This document shows positions 1-8,865 of a DNA stretch of 26,818 nt, piece after piece (the stretch's first letter is position 1; every line of letters starts with the position of its first letter). The translations under genes and the position numbers were made by a program. Location: assembly GCA_049512075.1 (NCBI GenBank), contig JBEKXL010000028.1:1-26818 (forward strand), in the 5' to 3' direction. The notes beneath the pieces are model-generated. The model made no database searches. It was given only the letters and a program-made list of their open reading frames with translations, and was not told the origin of the DNA. Source of the DNA: Candidatus Bathyarchaeia archaeon. GTDB lineage: Archaea > Thermoproteota > Bathyarchaeia > Bathyarchaeales > Bathycorpusculaceae.

Positions 1-122
1 CGGTACTAGACATCAAACCCTACTCTCCAGCAAGAAAAATCGAGAAATTCGAATTACCCGAATGGTACAAAAACATAATAGCCAAAGCAAGAGCAAAAGG
101 CCACAACATAACCGATTTCTGA
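1..122 (+). CDS. trmO: 3' end of a TrmO/TsaA (YaeB/AF0241-family) SAM-binding tRNA methyltransferase, partial
   Basis: Frame 3 reads VLDIKPYSPARKIEKFELPEWYK...TDF* (stop 120-122). (P)VLDIKPY followed by P-x-W is the characteristic C-terminus of this family. Confidence 0.7.
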   Translation, partial: VLDIKPYSPARKIEKFELPEWYKNIIAKARAKGHNITDF

Positions 123-153
123 ATGGTAGCGCGCGCTATGCACTTTTTCGCCT

Positions 154-753
154 TTATTTAGTCAAAGCCTCGATTATCTCGGTTTTTTGTGGTAGGGTCA
201 TTAATCTTCCTTTCAGTTGACCATCTCTAAAGATTAGAATAGTGGGAATGCTAAGGATGTCATAGTTGTGCCAAATCTCTGATGTAGAAATATCCATCTC
301 GTAAAGCTCAGCGCGCCCAGCTAAATCCTCAGCAGTTTCAACATACACTGACTTCGCTACTTGACATGTGGGGCAATTTGGCGATGAAAAAAGAACGGCA
401 ACTGGTTTGGATGCATGCAGTACCTTTGAGGCAAAATCAGCGTCAGAAATAACTTTCACGTAGCTTGGTTTTTCTTTTCGAAATAGCCCCTTCAATTTTG
501 AAGCAACACCGGGATACTTCTTGTAAGCAATCTGATAACCAACTCTTTCAATGGCCGACTCTATCTCGGACAACCTGACCGAATCCGAATCATACACAAC
601 CTTTACCATTTTAGTCAGGTAATTTGCTCGAGCTTCTCTCACTCCGTTAAGCTTCAGGATTTCTCTCTCCAAAATTGGAACGCATGTTGAGCAATCCATT
701 TGAACGATGGGAATAAGCTTCATTGTGAGCGGTTTTTCGTTGCTAGTGCTCAT
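154..753 (-). CDS. Heavy-metal-associated (HMA/CopZ-like) domain fused to a thioredoxin domain
   Basis: N-terminal MDCSTC metal-binding motif with an HMA pattern (...IESAIERVGY). C-terminal thioredoxin fold with FSSPNCPTC and cis-Pro motif SIPTILIF. Lies 3 nt downstream of copA. Confidence 0.85.
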   Translation of the reverse strand: MSTSNEKPLTMKLIPIVQMDCSTCVPILEREILKLNGVREARANYLTKMVKVVYDSDSVRLSEIESAIERVGYQIAYKKYPGVASKLKGLFRKEKPSYVKVISDADFASKVLHASKPVAVLFSSPNCPTCQVAKSVYVETAEDLAGRAELYEMDISTSEIWHNYDILSIPTILIFRDGQLKGRLMTLPQKTEIIEALTK

Positions 754-756
754 TGT

Positions 757-2829
757 TCATTTCTCCGGCTTGAATCGTCTCAGAAGCAGGGAGTTTGAGA
801 CCACGGATATGGAGCTAAAGGCCATGGCTCCTGCTGCAAAGACGGGGTTCATAACTATGCCGATCGGCTGAAGCACTCCCGCCGCCACTGGAATGAGAGC
901 TGCATTGTAACAGAATGCCCAGATGAAATTCTGTTTGATTTTTGAGTACGTTTTCTTGCTGAGTTGAATTGCAGTTACCACGTCCATGAGATTGTTTCTG
1001 ATCAGGACTATGCCTCCAGTTTCCATTGCAATGTCCGTTCCGCTTCCCAAGGCAATTCCCACATCGGCCTGTGCTAAGGCGGGTGCATCATTTATGCCAT
1101 CGCCAACCATGGCCACAACTAAACCTTCGTTCTGGAGTTTCTTGACTTCTTCAGCTTTCTTGTCGGGTAGAATCTCGGCCAGGTACCGGTTGATGCCTGC
1201 TTTCTTGGCGATGGCTTCGGCTGTCCTTTTGTTGTCTCCGGTGATCATTATGACTTGGAGATTCATCGTTTGGAGTTTCTTAACGACTTCTGCGGCGTTG
1301 TCTTTGGGTTCATCCGCAACGGCGATTAAACCGGTGACTTTAGTGTCGACTGCTACGTAGATGACGCTTTTTCCTTCGCTGAACAGGTTTTCAGCGTTTG
1401 TTTGGTTTGTTTTGCTTATCGTTATGTTTGATTCTTCGATTAGTCTTTGGGTGCCTATGACTACCTTTTTGCCTTTGACCTTGCCTTTCAATCCTTTTCC
1501 TGGAAGAACTTCAAAATCTTCTGGTTGCTCCAAGGCGACGTTTCGGCTTTTTGCTTCTCTAACGATTGCTTGACCTACTGGGTGCTCCGACAGGTTCTCA
1601 AGCGAAGCTGCCAAAGCCAGTAGTGATTCTTGATTGTCTCCGATGATGTCGGTAACAGCGAGTTTGCCCTTGGTTAGTGTGCCAGTTTTGTCGAAGACGA
1701 TTGCTTGTAGTTCTCTGGTTTTTTCGAGGTAGTCGCCGCCTTTTATTAGTATCCCGTTCTGGGCGCCTTTTGCGGCCCCGACCAGTATCGCAGTAGGGGT
1801 AGCAATACCCATAGCGCAGGGACAGGCAACTATGACCACGGCTATGAAAGCTGTTAGGCCAAAGCCGAAGCTTGCACCAACCGCAAACGTCCAGAGCAGG
1901 AAGGTGATGACTCCGATGGAGAGTATGGCAGGCACGAAGTATGCGGATATTGTGTCGGCCAGCCTCTGAATTGGAGCCCTGCTTAATTGAGCATCATTTA
2001 CCATTTGCACGATCTGGTTCAGGGTCGTGTTCATGCCTATGCGGGTGACTTCAATTTTTAGGGCACCTTCCTTGTTCACGGTACCGCCAATGACCTGTGC
2101 TCCTTTTTCCTTTGTCACAGGTATGCTTTCACCAGTGATCATGCTTTCATCTACGGAAGATGAACCCTCTATCACCACGCCATCTAATGGTATTTTTTCT
2201 CCTGGCCTAATCAGGAGTACTTCCCCAGGCATTACCTTCTCGACCGGCACTTTCTCCTCTGTTCCGTCTTCTTTTAGCACATTCGCAAACGCGGGTTGAA
2301 GGTCAACTAGTTTACGTACTGCCTCAGAGGCCCGGCCTTTGGCGGCCTCCTCCAAGTATTTTCCAATTAGAATTAGTGCTATGATCAACGCTGAAGTGTC
2401 AAAGTAAACGTCTTGGCTCGGCATCAGCTTGGGCAAGAAAGTCACCAGCGTGCTATACGCCCAAGCAGTGGTTGTTCCAACAACGATCAGCGTATCCATA
2501 TTTACCGTTTTGGCTCGGGCCGCACCATAAGCACCTCGATAGTACCTGTAGCCCGCAATGAACTGGACGGGTGTCGCAAGCAGAAAAAGCCAAACGTTCA
2601 GGGGCAAGAAGGGCAATGGAACGGCGAATAAGCCAAACAAGAAAGTCAACAAGCCCAAAGTGAAACTCAGAATGATTAAATGCCTTAGGTTGCGTCTCTC
2701 AACCTCAGGCTGGGTGAATGTGCGTAAACATTGTTCACTGCAGAAATAGTAGGTTTTTCCATCAACCACAGTCTTGAAGGCCGCAGTTTCCTCATCAACA
2801 TACATTCCACAAACAGGATCGCGAGCCAA
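757..2829 (-). CDS. copA: P1B-1 type Cu(I)-translocating P-type ATPase with N-terminal YHS/TRASH domain
   Basis: Motifs DPVCGM...YYFCS..C (YHS), [26 protein letters not shown] and MAFSS. Start moved to TTG at 2829, which follows an SD-like GGAGAGGT and has a TTAATAA box about 35 nt upstream. Confidence 0.95.
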   Translation of the reverse strand: MARDPVCGMYVDEETAAFKTVVDGKTYYFCSEQCLRTFTQPEVERRNLRHLIILSFTLGLLTFLFGLFAVPLPFLPLNVWLFLLATPVQFIAGYRYYRGAYGAARAKTVNMDTLIVVGTTTAWAYSTLVTFLPKLMPSQDVYFDTSALIIALILIGKYLEEAAKGRASEAVRKLVDLQPAFANVLKEDGTEEKVPVEKVMPGEVLLIRPGEKIPLDGVVIEGSSSVDESMITGESIPVTKEKGAQVIGGTVNKEGALKIEVTRIGMNTTLNQIVQMVNDAQLSRAPIQRLADTISAYFVPAILSIGVITFLLWTFAVGASFGFGLTAFIAVVIVACPCAMGIATPTAILVGAAKGAQNGILIKGGDYLEKTRELQAIVFDKTGTLTKGKLAVTDIIGDNQESLLALAASLENLSEHPVGQAIVREAKSRNVALEQPEDFEVLPGKGLKGKVKGKKVVIGTQRLIEESNITISKTNQTNAENLFSEGKSVIYVAVDTKVTGLIAVADEPKDNAAEVVKKLQTMNLQVIMITGDNKRTAEAIAKKAGINRYLAEILPDKKAEEVKKLQNEGLVVAMVGDGINDAPALAQADVGIALGSGTDIAMETGGIVLIRNNLMDVVTAIQLSKKTYSKIKQNFIWAFCYNAALIPVAAGVLQPIGIVMNPVFAAGAMAFSSISVVSNSLLLRRFKPEK

Positions 2830-2840
2830 GATTACCTCTC

Positions 2841-3206
2841 CTATAGCGTGCTCGAAATGCGCCTTATTAAGCAAATACGCGCATTCATAACGCTTATGGT
2901 TCTGAGCAAGCATTTTCCGCGCAAACGAACGATCGTTACGGCGACTATTAGCAAGGCCAAGGTTTCTGCTTTGTAATATCCGTATGGAAATCTTTCGGTA
3001 GGTTTTTTCTGAACTAGCTTGAGTCCAGCCCAGACTGCAATCGAGGAAAAGATGTCAGCAAAGGAATGAATCGAGTCAGCAAGTAATGCCACGCTCCCCG
3101 AGATCACCGATACTGTGGCTTTCAGAAGGCTGAATGCTAGGAGAACAGCTGCAGAAATAATCGCAGCTCTTTCTCCTTCTCTAAAAAGATGGTTCTTCTC
3201 GTTCAT
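2841..3206 (-). pseudogene. Truncated cation diffusion facilitator (FieF-like), N-terminal about 3 TM helices only
   Basis: [16 protein letters not shown] and [11 protein letters not shown] are CDF signatures. Similarity ends after about 93 aa ([10 protein letters not shown]) and the frame runs on into the copA promoter. Full CDFs are about 300 aa. Confidence 0.8.
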
Positions 3207-3235
3207 TCTAGAACCAAACTCTTAGAGTTCTAATC

Positions 3236-3610
3236 CTAGTGATGGTGTTCGTGATGGCAGCCTTCGGTAAGTTCTTGAAGCTTGTCATCCTTGTATGTAG
3301 CGACTACGTCTTTGACCGTATCTGCGTTCGCCTTCAGCACCGCCACTCCTGCTTCTTGGAAGCCACTTAAACCGCGGGGGCCCATTCCGTAGGTTATTAT
3401 CGCGTTCGGTTTCCGCTCCAGAATGTAGTCGTGCATGTGTCCTTCGCCCCCGAAATGTTCGCCCTTGTTTTCCATGGTCTCGACGTTTTCGACTTTTCCG
3501 TCCTCGTCCAAAGCCACAACAGCATAGAAAGGCGCTTTTCCGAAATGCTCTGCTATCCTAGCGTTCAAACCGTTGTTATCTGACACAGGAACAATGACTG
3601 TGGTTTTCAT
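3236..3610 (-). CDS. NifB/NifX-family (FeMo-co/Fe-S cluster-binding fold) protein
   Basis: Motifs EHFGKAPFY and GMGPRG, plus a C-terminal CHHEHHH tail. Typical partner of Mrp and DUF134 genes. Confidence 0.88.
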   Translation of the reverse strand: MKTTVIVPVSDNNGLNARIAEHFGKAPFYAVVALDEDGKVENVETMENKGEHFGGEGHMHDYILERKPNAIITYGMGPRGLSGFQEAGVAVLKANADTVKDVVATYKDDKLQELTEGCHHEHHH

Positions 3611-3629
3611 TGTGTCACCTCCTTTTTCA

Positions 3630-4487
3630 CTACTTCTTCGCCTCCTGTTTCAGGAAATCTTCGATCTTCTTGACAATTTCCATGAAGGACTTTGAAGCTG
3701 CAGAGTTTGGATGCTCCACGATGAATGGTTCCCCTCTATCAGCATCCTCACAGATTTCTTGATCAATTGGGATGCTTCCAAGGAATGCGATATTCAATTC
3801 TTCAGCAATCTTTCGCCCGCCTCCAGACTCAAATATGTCAGATTTTTTTCCACAATGAGGACAGATGAAGCCACTCATGTTCTCGATGACGCCGATGATG
3901 GGCATTCCAAGCTGCCGAGCAAAGGTGATAGACTTCTTAACGACCACTTGTGAGACTTTGGAGGGGATTGTCACTATCACGACGCCGTCCATTTCCGGTA
4001 GTAGCTGAGCAATGCTTAGCGGTTCATCGCCTGTTCCAGGAGGGAGATCAATTAGCAGAATATCTAGGTCTCCCCAGACTATCTCTGACAGAAACTGGCG
4101 AATAGCCGTCATCTTTAGCGGTCCACGCCAGATTACGGGTGCATTTTCATCAGGCAGCAGGAAATCCATGGAGACAACCTTTATTCCCAACGTGCCTGAT
4201 GCCGGAAAAGCTCCTGGCGGGCCCACTTGGAGTCTTTGGCCTGTCAGTCCTAGCATTCTCGGTACGCTGGGGCCATGTATGTCTGCGTCAAGAATCCCGA
4301 TCCGGTCGGCGTGTCCATGCATCGCGAGGGCCACGGCCAGGTTCACTGCCACCGTGCTTTTGCCCACGCCTCCTTTGCCGCTTATTACAGCTATCTTGTG
4401 TCTGACCTTGCTCATTTTGGCCCTAAGCTTCTGCTCCTGGTCCGAAAACTGTTTTTCTCTCTCTGTAAATTCTTGCGTGCTTGTCAA
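3630..4487 (-). CDS. mrp: Mrp/NBP35 (ApbC) Fe-S cluster carrier ATPase
   Basis: Motifs SGKGGVGKST, DADIHGPS, VIWRGP, DLPPGTGD and ENMS..CPHC. Start TTG at 4487 follows AGGAG right after the DUF134 stop, which removes the ORF-track overlap. Confidence 0.93.
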   Translation of the reverse strand: MTSTQEFTEREKQFSDQEQKLRAKMSKVRHKIAVISGKGGVGKSTVAVNLAVALAMHGHADRIGILDADIHGPSVPRMLGLTGQRLQVGPPGAFPASGTLGIKVVSMDFLLPDENAPVIWRGPLKMTAIRQFLSEIVWGDLDILLIDLPPGTGDEPLSIAQLLPEMDGVVIVTIPSKVSQVVVKKSITFARQLGMPIIGVIENMSGFICPHCGKKSDIFESGGGRKIAEELNIAFLGSIPIDQEICEDADRGEPFIVEHPNSAASKSFMEIVKKIEDFLKQEAKK

Positions 4488-4500
4488 TTCGAAAACTCCT

Positions 4501-4962
4501 TCATATTTCAAAATGGCCTCTGTGGCCTCTTCCAAGTCGAACATACCCTCTGTCCTCTGCAGCCCTGTGGATGTTCTTGTTTCCGCATTTAGGACAGGCC
4601 CCGGATCTTTCTCTTCCATGCGGTTCCTCCCACTTGTGGCCGCAATCAAGGCATTTGAATTTTCTACTTACGTCCGACATGTATTCTCCTCCTTCTATTC
4701 GTATGGCTTTGCCATTGACCAATGCATCTGCCACCTTCTTTCTTGCCGCTTCAATGACTCTGTGAAATGTCGGTTGCGATATGCGCATACTGTCAGCCGC
4801 CGCTGTCTGCTCCAATCCCTCGAGATCCTTCAACCGTATCGCTTCAAATTCATCTACGCTCAAGCCAACGCTTTCCAAAGAAGTCATCGGAACACCTCTG
4901 GGTTTGAAATACGTCACGCCCGGTTCGCAGCATACTCGCCGGCAGATTCTGGGTCTAGGCAC
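4501..4962 (-). CDS. DUF134 (UPF0251) HTH DNA-binding protein with C-terminal zinc ribbon
   Basis: MPRPR..RRV...P...YFKP.G, EFEAIRLKD.EGL.Q..AA..M.ISQPTF.R, then CLDC...CPKC. Confidence 0.92.
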   Translation of the reverse strand: MPRPRICRRVCCEPGVTYFKPRGVPMTSLESVGLSVDEFEAIRLKDLEGLEQTAAADSMRISQPTFHRVIEAARKKVADALVNGKAIRIEGGEYMSDVSRKFKCLDCGHKWEEPHGRERSGACPKCGNKNIHRAAEDRGYVRLGRGHRGHFEI

Positions 4963-4964
4963 GA

Positions 4965-4984
4965 TTATGAATAAATATTCATAA
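4965..4984. promoter_or_regulatory. Palindromic operator TTATGAATA-AA-TATTCATAA over the likely DUF134 operon transcription start
   Basis: Perfect 9-bp arms with a 2-nt spacer. Lies between the minus-strand TATA-like TTTAAG (~4989-4994) and the GTG start at 4962. Confidence 0.7.
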
Positions 4985-5098
4985 CTCTCTTAAAGGTTGC
5001 GCAACGCAAGCTGGAAACAAAACATTCCGGAAACATAAACAAAACAATAGCTTTTCATAGCGAGTCAATTGCATAAACGAGTCTTAATGGTGAAAGGC

Positions 5099-5638
5099 AT
5101 GAGTGAATATCCTCTTGGAAGTCGAGAAGACCGTAAGACACTGGCAGAGATGCCCATGGAGAAACTGTTTGATTATTTCTTTCTGCAAATTCGCAACATT
5201 TGGAGAGTTGATGGTCTGTATTTTCTCGGCATCGAAAAGAAGTTTGGGACTGAAGCAGCAACTGAACTTGACGCTGGGGCTTGGGAGAGCATGGCTGCAA
5301 TCGAGGCCAAGAGCCTGCAACGAATGTTCAAGGTTAGCGAAAACCCAGATATGTCCATGATTATTTGTCTTTTGCGCAAATCCAGTTGGGCACTGGATCA
5401 ACCTTTCAAGACCATCGAAATCGGAAAAAAGCGGGCTATCCTTGGCATTGATAGGTGCAGGACTCAGGAGGCTCGTCTGGGCAAAGGTTTATGCGAATTT
5501 CCCTGCAAGAAAGTACGGTTCGGATATTTGAAGAATTTCGCGAAAACTCTCAATCCAAAAGTAGAAGTAATCTGCTTGGTCTGTCCACCAGACAAACACC
5601 CTCCAGACTCGTGGTGCAAATGGGAATTCACAATGTGA
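5099..5638 (+). CDS. DUF6125-like Cys-rich protein (V4R/ATC-hydrolase-like fold)
   Basis: W.VDGLYFLGIE..FG.EAA, CRTQ.AR, FPCK and CPPD.HP..WC.WEF. ATG at 5099 preferred as start. Confidence 0.7.
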   Translation: MSEYPLGSREDRKTLAEMPMEKLFDYFFLQIRNIWRVDGLYFLGIEKKFGTEAATELDAGAWESMAAIEAKSLQRMFKVSENPDMSMIICLLRKSSWALDQPFKTIEIGKKRAILGIDRCRTQEARLGKGLCEFPCKKVRFGYLKNFAKTLNPKVEVICLVCPPDKHPPDSWCKWEFTM

Positions 5639-5699
5639 CGCGCGCGGGTAAGACATAAGTTCTGCAAAAACAACGTCAACCTATTCGCGGGGAAAGATC

Positions 5700-6353
5700 A
5701 TGGTTAAATGTAGCAAATGTACCGTTTTCGTATGCGAACACCCTCAACGAGCTCGAGTTACTTCCAAGCTGGATTTTTGCCCGATGAACGTTGAGAAAGA
5801 TGTCCTAAGGAAAGCTAGGAAAGAATATAAAAAACCCGGCGTGGGAAGATTAGCTCGTGCTTCTGCTCTGGTGGAGTCAGAAGGTTATATGAAGTGGACC
5901 AGAGTCGAGGACACGATGGAATTTGCCAGAAGGATGAATTTCGCTAGGCTCGGTGTTGCCTGCTGTGTAGGATTGGCCGAGGAGGGAAAAGTACTGACCG
6001 ATATTCTCGAATGCAATGGCTTTCAGGTGACTTTCGTATTCTGCAAGACTGGTGGTGTTCCAAAGGAAGAGTTGGGACTGAAAGACAATGAGAAAGTACA
6101 TCCCGGCACCTTCGAGCCTATTTGCAACCCAGTAGCACAAACCTTAATCATGAACAAGGCGAAAACAGAGCTGAACATAATCGTAGGACTCTGCGTAGGA
6201 CATGACTCCACCTTCATCAAGTATTCCAAAGCACCCGTAACAGTCTTAGTTGCTAAGGACAGGGTCTTATGCCACAATCCCGTTGGAGCATTATACACTG
6301 CAAAGGGATACTACAAACACAAACTCTATGACACGCACACCGCACGCTCTTGA
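5700..6353 (+). CDS. DUF1847 family putative metal-binding protein
   Basis: N-terminal CxxC cluster, TRVE, ACCVGL, CK.GG, CNPVAQ, GLCVGHD and KDRVL.HNP. Confidence 0.88.
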   Translation: MVKCSKCTVFVCEHPQRARVTSKLDFCPMNVEKDVLRKARKEYKKPGVGRLARASALVESEGYMKWTRVEDTMEFARRMNFARLGVACCVGLAEEGKVLTDILECNGFQVTFVFCKTGGVPKEELGLKDNEKVHPGTFEPICNPVAQTLIMNKAKTELNIIVGLCVGHDSTFIKYSKAPVTVLVAKDRVLCHNPVGALYTAKGYYKHKLYDTHTARS

Positions 6354-6354
6354 T

Positions 6355-6367
6355 AAAAAAAAGGGGG
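6355..6367 (-). terminator. Oligo-T terminator-like tract between convergent genes
   Basis: Minus strand reads CCCCCTTTTTTTT about 30 nt after the stop at 6397. Confidence 0.4.
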
Positions 6368-6396
6368 GATAGGTCATTAGGCTTCTTTGGATAGCA

Positions 6397-6681
6397 CTAC
6401 AAGGTTTTCGCGATTTCGCTGAAGGGTACGACTGGTCTTACGTCAACTGCCATTTGACCAAAGAACTTTGCAACGGTTGGGGCACTGTCGGCGTCTATAA
6501 TGAAGTAACCTTTGTGTTCTGTACTCTTGTCTTTTGGACAACTGACATAAGCTCCGACTATTTTGAGACCCGATTTCCTAACGTTCTCATCTGAAAAGAG
6601 CTTCTTTATCATTGTTTTCCCTTCAGGCGTTTCTAATGGACATTTTGTGGCATGATGGGTATGGGAAGCGACAAACAGCAA
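6397..6681 (-). CDS. Small hypothetical protein with His/Cys motif (DUF3303/GYD-like dimeric alpha-beta fold possible)
   Basis: Strong SD GGAGGTG precedes TTG at 6681. Sequence MLFVASHTHHATKCP...EHKGYFIIDADS. Downstream of osmC-like gene on the same strand. Confidence 0.65.
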   Translation of the reverse strand: MLFVASHTHHATKCPLETPEGKTMIKKLFSDENVRKSGLKIVGAYVSCPKDKSTEHKGYFIIDADSAPTVAKFFGQMAVDVRPVVPFSEIAKTL

Positions 6682-6727
6682 AGACTCACCTCCTTTTTGC
6701 ACTTCAGCATGAAGCATTCTGTTCTAG

Positions 6728-7144
6728 CTATTTGGGCACTACTTCGAATTCCACTTTCAACGGAATCGGTTCTTTGAATATAGACAGCACCGGACAGTTT
6801 GCCTCAGTTCTCCGCCAAGCACCCTCCAGCAGCTCCTTTCTTGCAGCTGCACACACTTTGGTCTTCACGGTCACTCCAGTCAACACAGGGGAATCAGGAG
6901 ATTTTTCTGCTTCCACCACGGCCTCGACTTTGGTGACTTCGATTTTGCTCTGCTTGCAGACATCCGCAAATATAGTCACTGCACAATCTGCCAAGGCCAT
7001 TAGAGCCAATTCAATGGCAGTCGGGCCTTTATCGTCCCCGCCTGCGGAAGTAGAGAGGTCGCAGACTATGCTGTGTGTTCTGGAATTGTCAACCACCGAA
7101 CGAACATTTTCGATCCATTTAGCTGTAGCCTTATACTTCGGCAT
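6728..7144 (-). CDS. OsmC/Ohr-like family protein
   Basis: D.....GG.D.GPT..EL.L.ALADC and ..NCPV: the two conserved Cys of the OsmC fold. Confidence 0.88.
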   Translation of the reverse strand: MPKYKATAKWIENVRSVVDNSRTHSIVCDLSTSAGGDDKGPTAIELALMALADCAVTIFADVCKQSKIEVTKVEAVVEAEKSPDSPVLTGVTVKTKVCAAARKELLEGAWRRTEANCPVLSIFKEPIPLKVEFEVVPK

Positions 7145-7327
7145 TCTTTCACCAGAAACAATCTCTACACCGCCGACAAATTAAGAGTTGCGTAAGCTGG
7201 CGCGCATGGTTGTTGCCAAAATGGCTAAAAATGTTTTTATTCTTATTTTGAGGAGCAAGGATAGCGCGCGCACGTGTTCCGAAAACAATAAGACTTACAT
7301 TTCTATGCTGGATGATCGTGGAGAACA

Positions 7328-7777
7328 ATGTCTAAACCTGAGAAGAATGTGGGTATAGTGATCTGTGATCGTTACCATACTTGCGCCGGCGGCAAATGCT
7401 TAAGAGCATTGAAGAACAAGGAAGGAGCTTTCAGTTTGTACGCCGACCAGGAAGTGAAGCTCGTAGGATACACTACTTGTGGAGGATGTCCTGGGGGAAA
7501 CGTTGAAGACTGTATTGAAGAAATGAAGAAAAACGGCGCTGAAGTGGTTCACTTTGCCACAGGCATGCTCGTGGGTTATCCACCCTGCCCCTACATTGAC
7601 CAGTTGCGCGACTTTGTAAAGCAGAAATACGATATAGACGTGGTTATCGGAACACATCCAATTCCAGAGAAATATTACCTGACACATGAAGCCTTGGGAA
7701 CTTGGAAATCGCCTGAATGGAAAGAACGAATCAAGCATGTACTGACAGATGAGCAGACACGATCAAAATACAATTGA
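7328..7777 (+). CDS. CGGC domain protein
   Basis: ICDRY..CAGGKC, TCGGCPG, YPPCP and GTH motifs. Confidence 0.9.
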   Translation: MSKPEKNVGIVICDRYHTCAGGKCLRALKNKEGAFSLYADQEVKLVGYTTCGGCPGGNVEDCIEEMKKNGAEVVHFATGMLVGYPPCPYIDQLRDFVKQKYDIDVVIGTHPIPEKYYLTHEALGTWKSPEWKERIKHVLTDEQTRSKYN

Positions 7778-8036
7778 ACAAAAAACCTTTTTCATTCTTG
7801 ATATCTTGTAACAATCGATTTCACAGAACCCTATTTAGCCCTCATTAATACCGAAAAATAGGTCGACCGATCAATTACGGATAGAGTTGGTTTTTGTAAT
7901 AGCCGTGACTCGTGTACAATGCGACCGCCAGATTATGGCGCGCGCCGGCTTGTCCCTAAATTATGTGTTGACCATGTTGGTGAACCGTGGCCTTCTCGGG
8001 CAGACTTTTAAGGGAAGCTCAAGTTTGCTTAGGAAT

Positions 8037-8528
8037 GTGTCAGCGAGACGCGCAATAAGTATTCGTCCAATGCAAGATGCAGACAGACCCTTTGTCTACG
8101 GAGGACTCTGACACGAATTGGCAGGACATTCCTGACGATCAGAAGACTGAACTAGACCGAACAGTCTGTGACAAGCTTGTCTTTGATGATTTTGAGCGTT
8201 TTGTCAAAACTGAACGTTTCAAATTCAGAGTGTTCGTCGCGTCTCTGAAACCAACAATCAGGTCGGGTTCATCTCTGTTGGAGAACTGGCCAACCCTTGT
8301 GTAGGATTTCCCTACGGAGCAGTACTCGATTTTTGGGTTGCCCCCGAGCTTCGTAGACAAGGCATAAGAGGCAGATTATTGGATTACGCTTTGGAACACC
8401 TGCGATCAAAAGGGTATACTCATGCGGGCATCCTCGCCTCGTCTTCTAACAGGCAGGCTGTCAGCCTGTATGAGAAAAGTGGATTTTACGTGGATCGTGT
8501 AAATCTGATGAAACGACTGAGGCCCTAG
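8037..8528 (+). pseudogene. GNAT acetyltransferase disrupted by two frameshifts
   Basis: Three pieces: IRPMQDADRPFV.. (to ~8108), DTNWQD...FRVFVA (shifted frame, to ~8240) and VSETNNQVGFI...FWVAPELRRQGIRGRLL...N..AVSLYEKSGF...* (original frame, stop 8526-8528). Confidence 0.8.
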
Positions 8529-8615
8529 AGGCGCCAAGTCCAAAGCGCGCGCACCTAGCCATTCTGGCTTTGTACCGCGGGCAAAACCACCTAGTCCCTG
8601 ACTAATACATTGAAA

Positions 8616-8722
8616 ATTACATCTGACATTACAAAAAAAAAGGGCTGAGTCCACTCTGAACAGTAGTTCAGCCTGTTTTTCTCCATGGTTTGTAACAATA
8701 CACATTACATCTGACATTACAA
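8616..8722. repeat. Two exact 19-bp direct repeats ATTACATCTGACATTACAA
   Basis: Copies at 8616-8634 and 8704-8722 (88-bp period), each followed by an A-run and GGG. Confidence 0.85.
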
Positions 8723-8796
8723 GTGAAAAAGGGGAGCGACTTTGAAGGCTATGTATGGCTGGCTTGAGATCTTAGTCGAGAAAATTCTTAGAGTTG

Positions 8797-8816
8797 CAGT
8801 AGCGCGCGCGCTACTG
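8797..8816. repeat. Perfect 20-bp palindrome CAGTAGCGCGCGCGCTACTG (longest member of the GC-palindrome family)
   Basis: Self-complementary over all 20 nt; 50 nt downstream of the cooC-like stop at 8866. Confidence 0.9.
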
Positions 8817-8865
8817 ATTACTAACCAGATGGTTCAGGAAGCAGACGCGATAAAGCCCATACCAA

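Noticed and set aside
2830-2913. N-terminal extension of CopA
   Set aside because: It covers the TATA-like box and SD; the YHS domain starts at TTG 2829.
4488-4649. N-terminal extension of Mrp overlapping DUF134
   Set aside because: An SD plus TTG at 4487 gives a normal-length Mrp with no overlap.
4012-4974. 320-aa plus-strand ORF and other long antisense ORFs (e.g. 986-1360, 6612-7184, 16422-16988)
   Set aside because: Shadows of well-supported opposite-strand genes, with no recognisable motifs.
8109-8111. Selenocysteine or other read-through of TGA in the GNAT gene
   Set aside because: The same frame has many more stops downstream; continuity needs a frameshift.
8616-8722. CRISPR array
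   Set aside because: Only two 19-bp copies with a 69-bp gap, and no cas genes.
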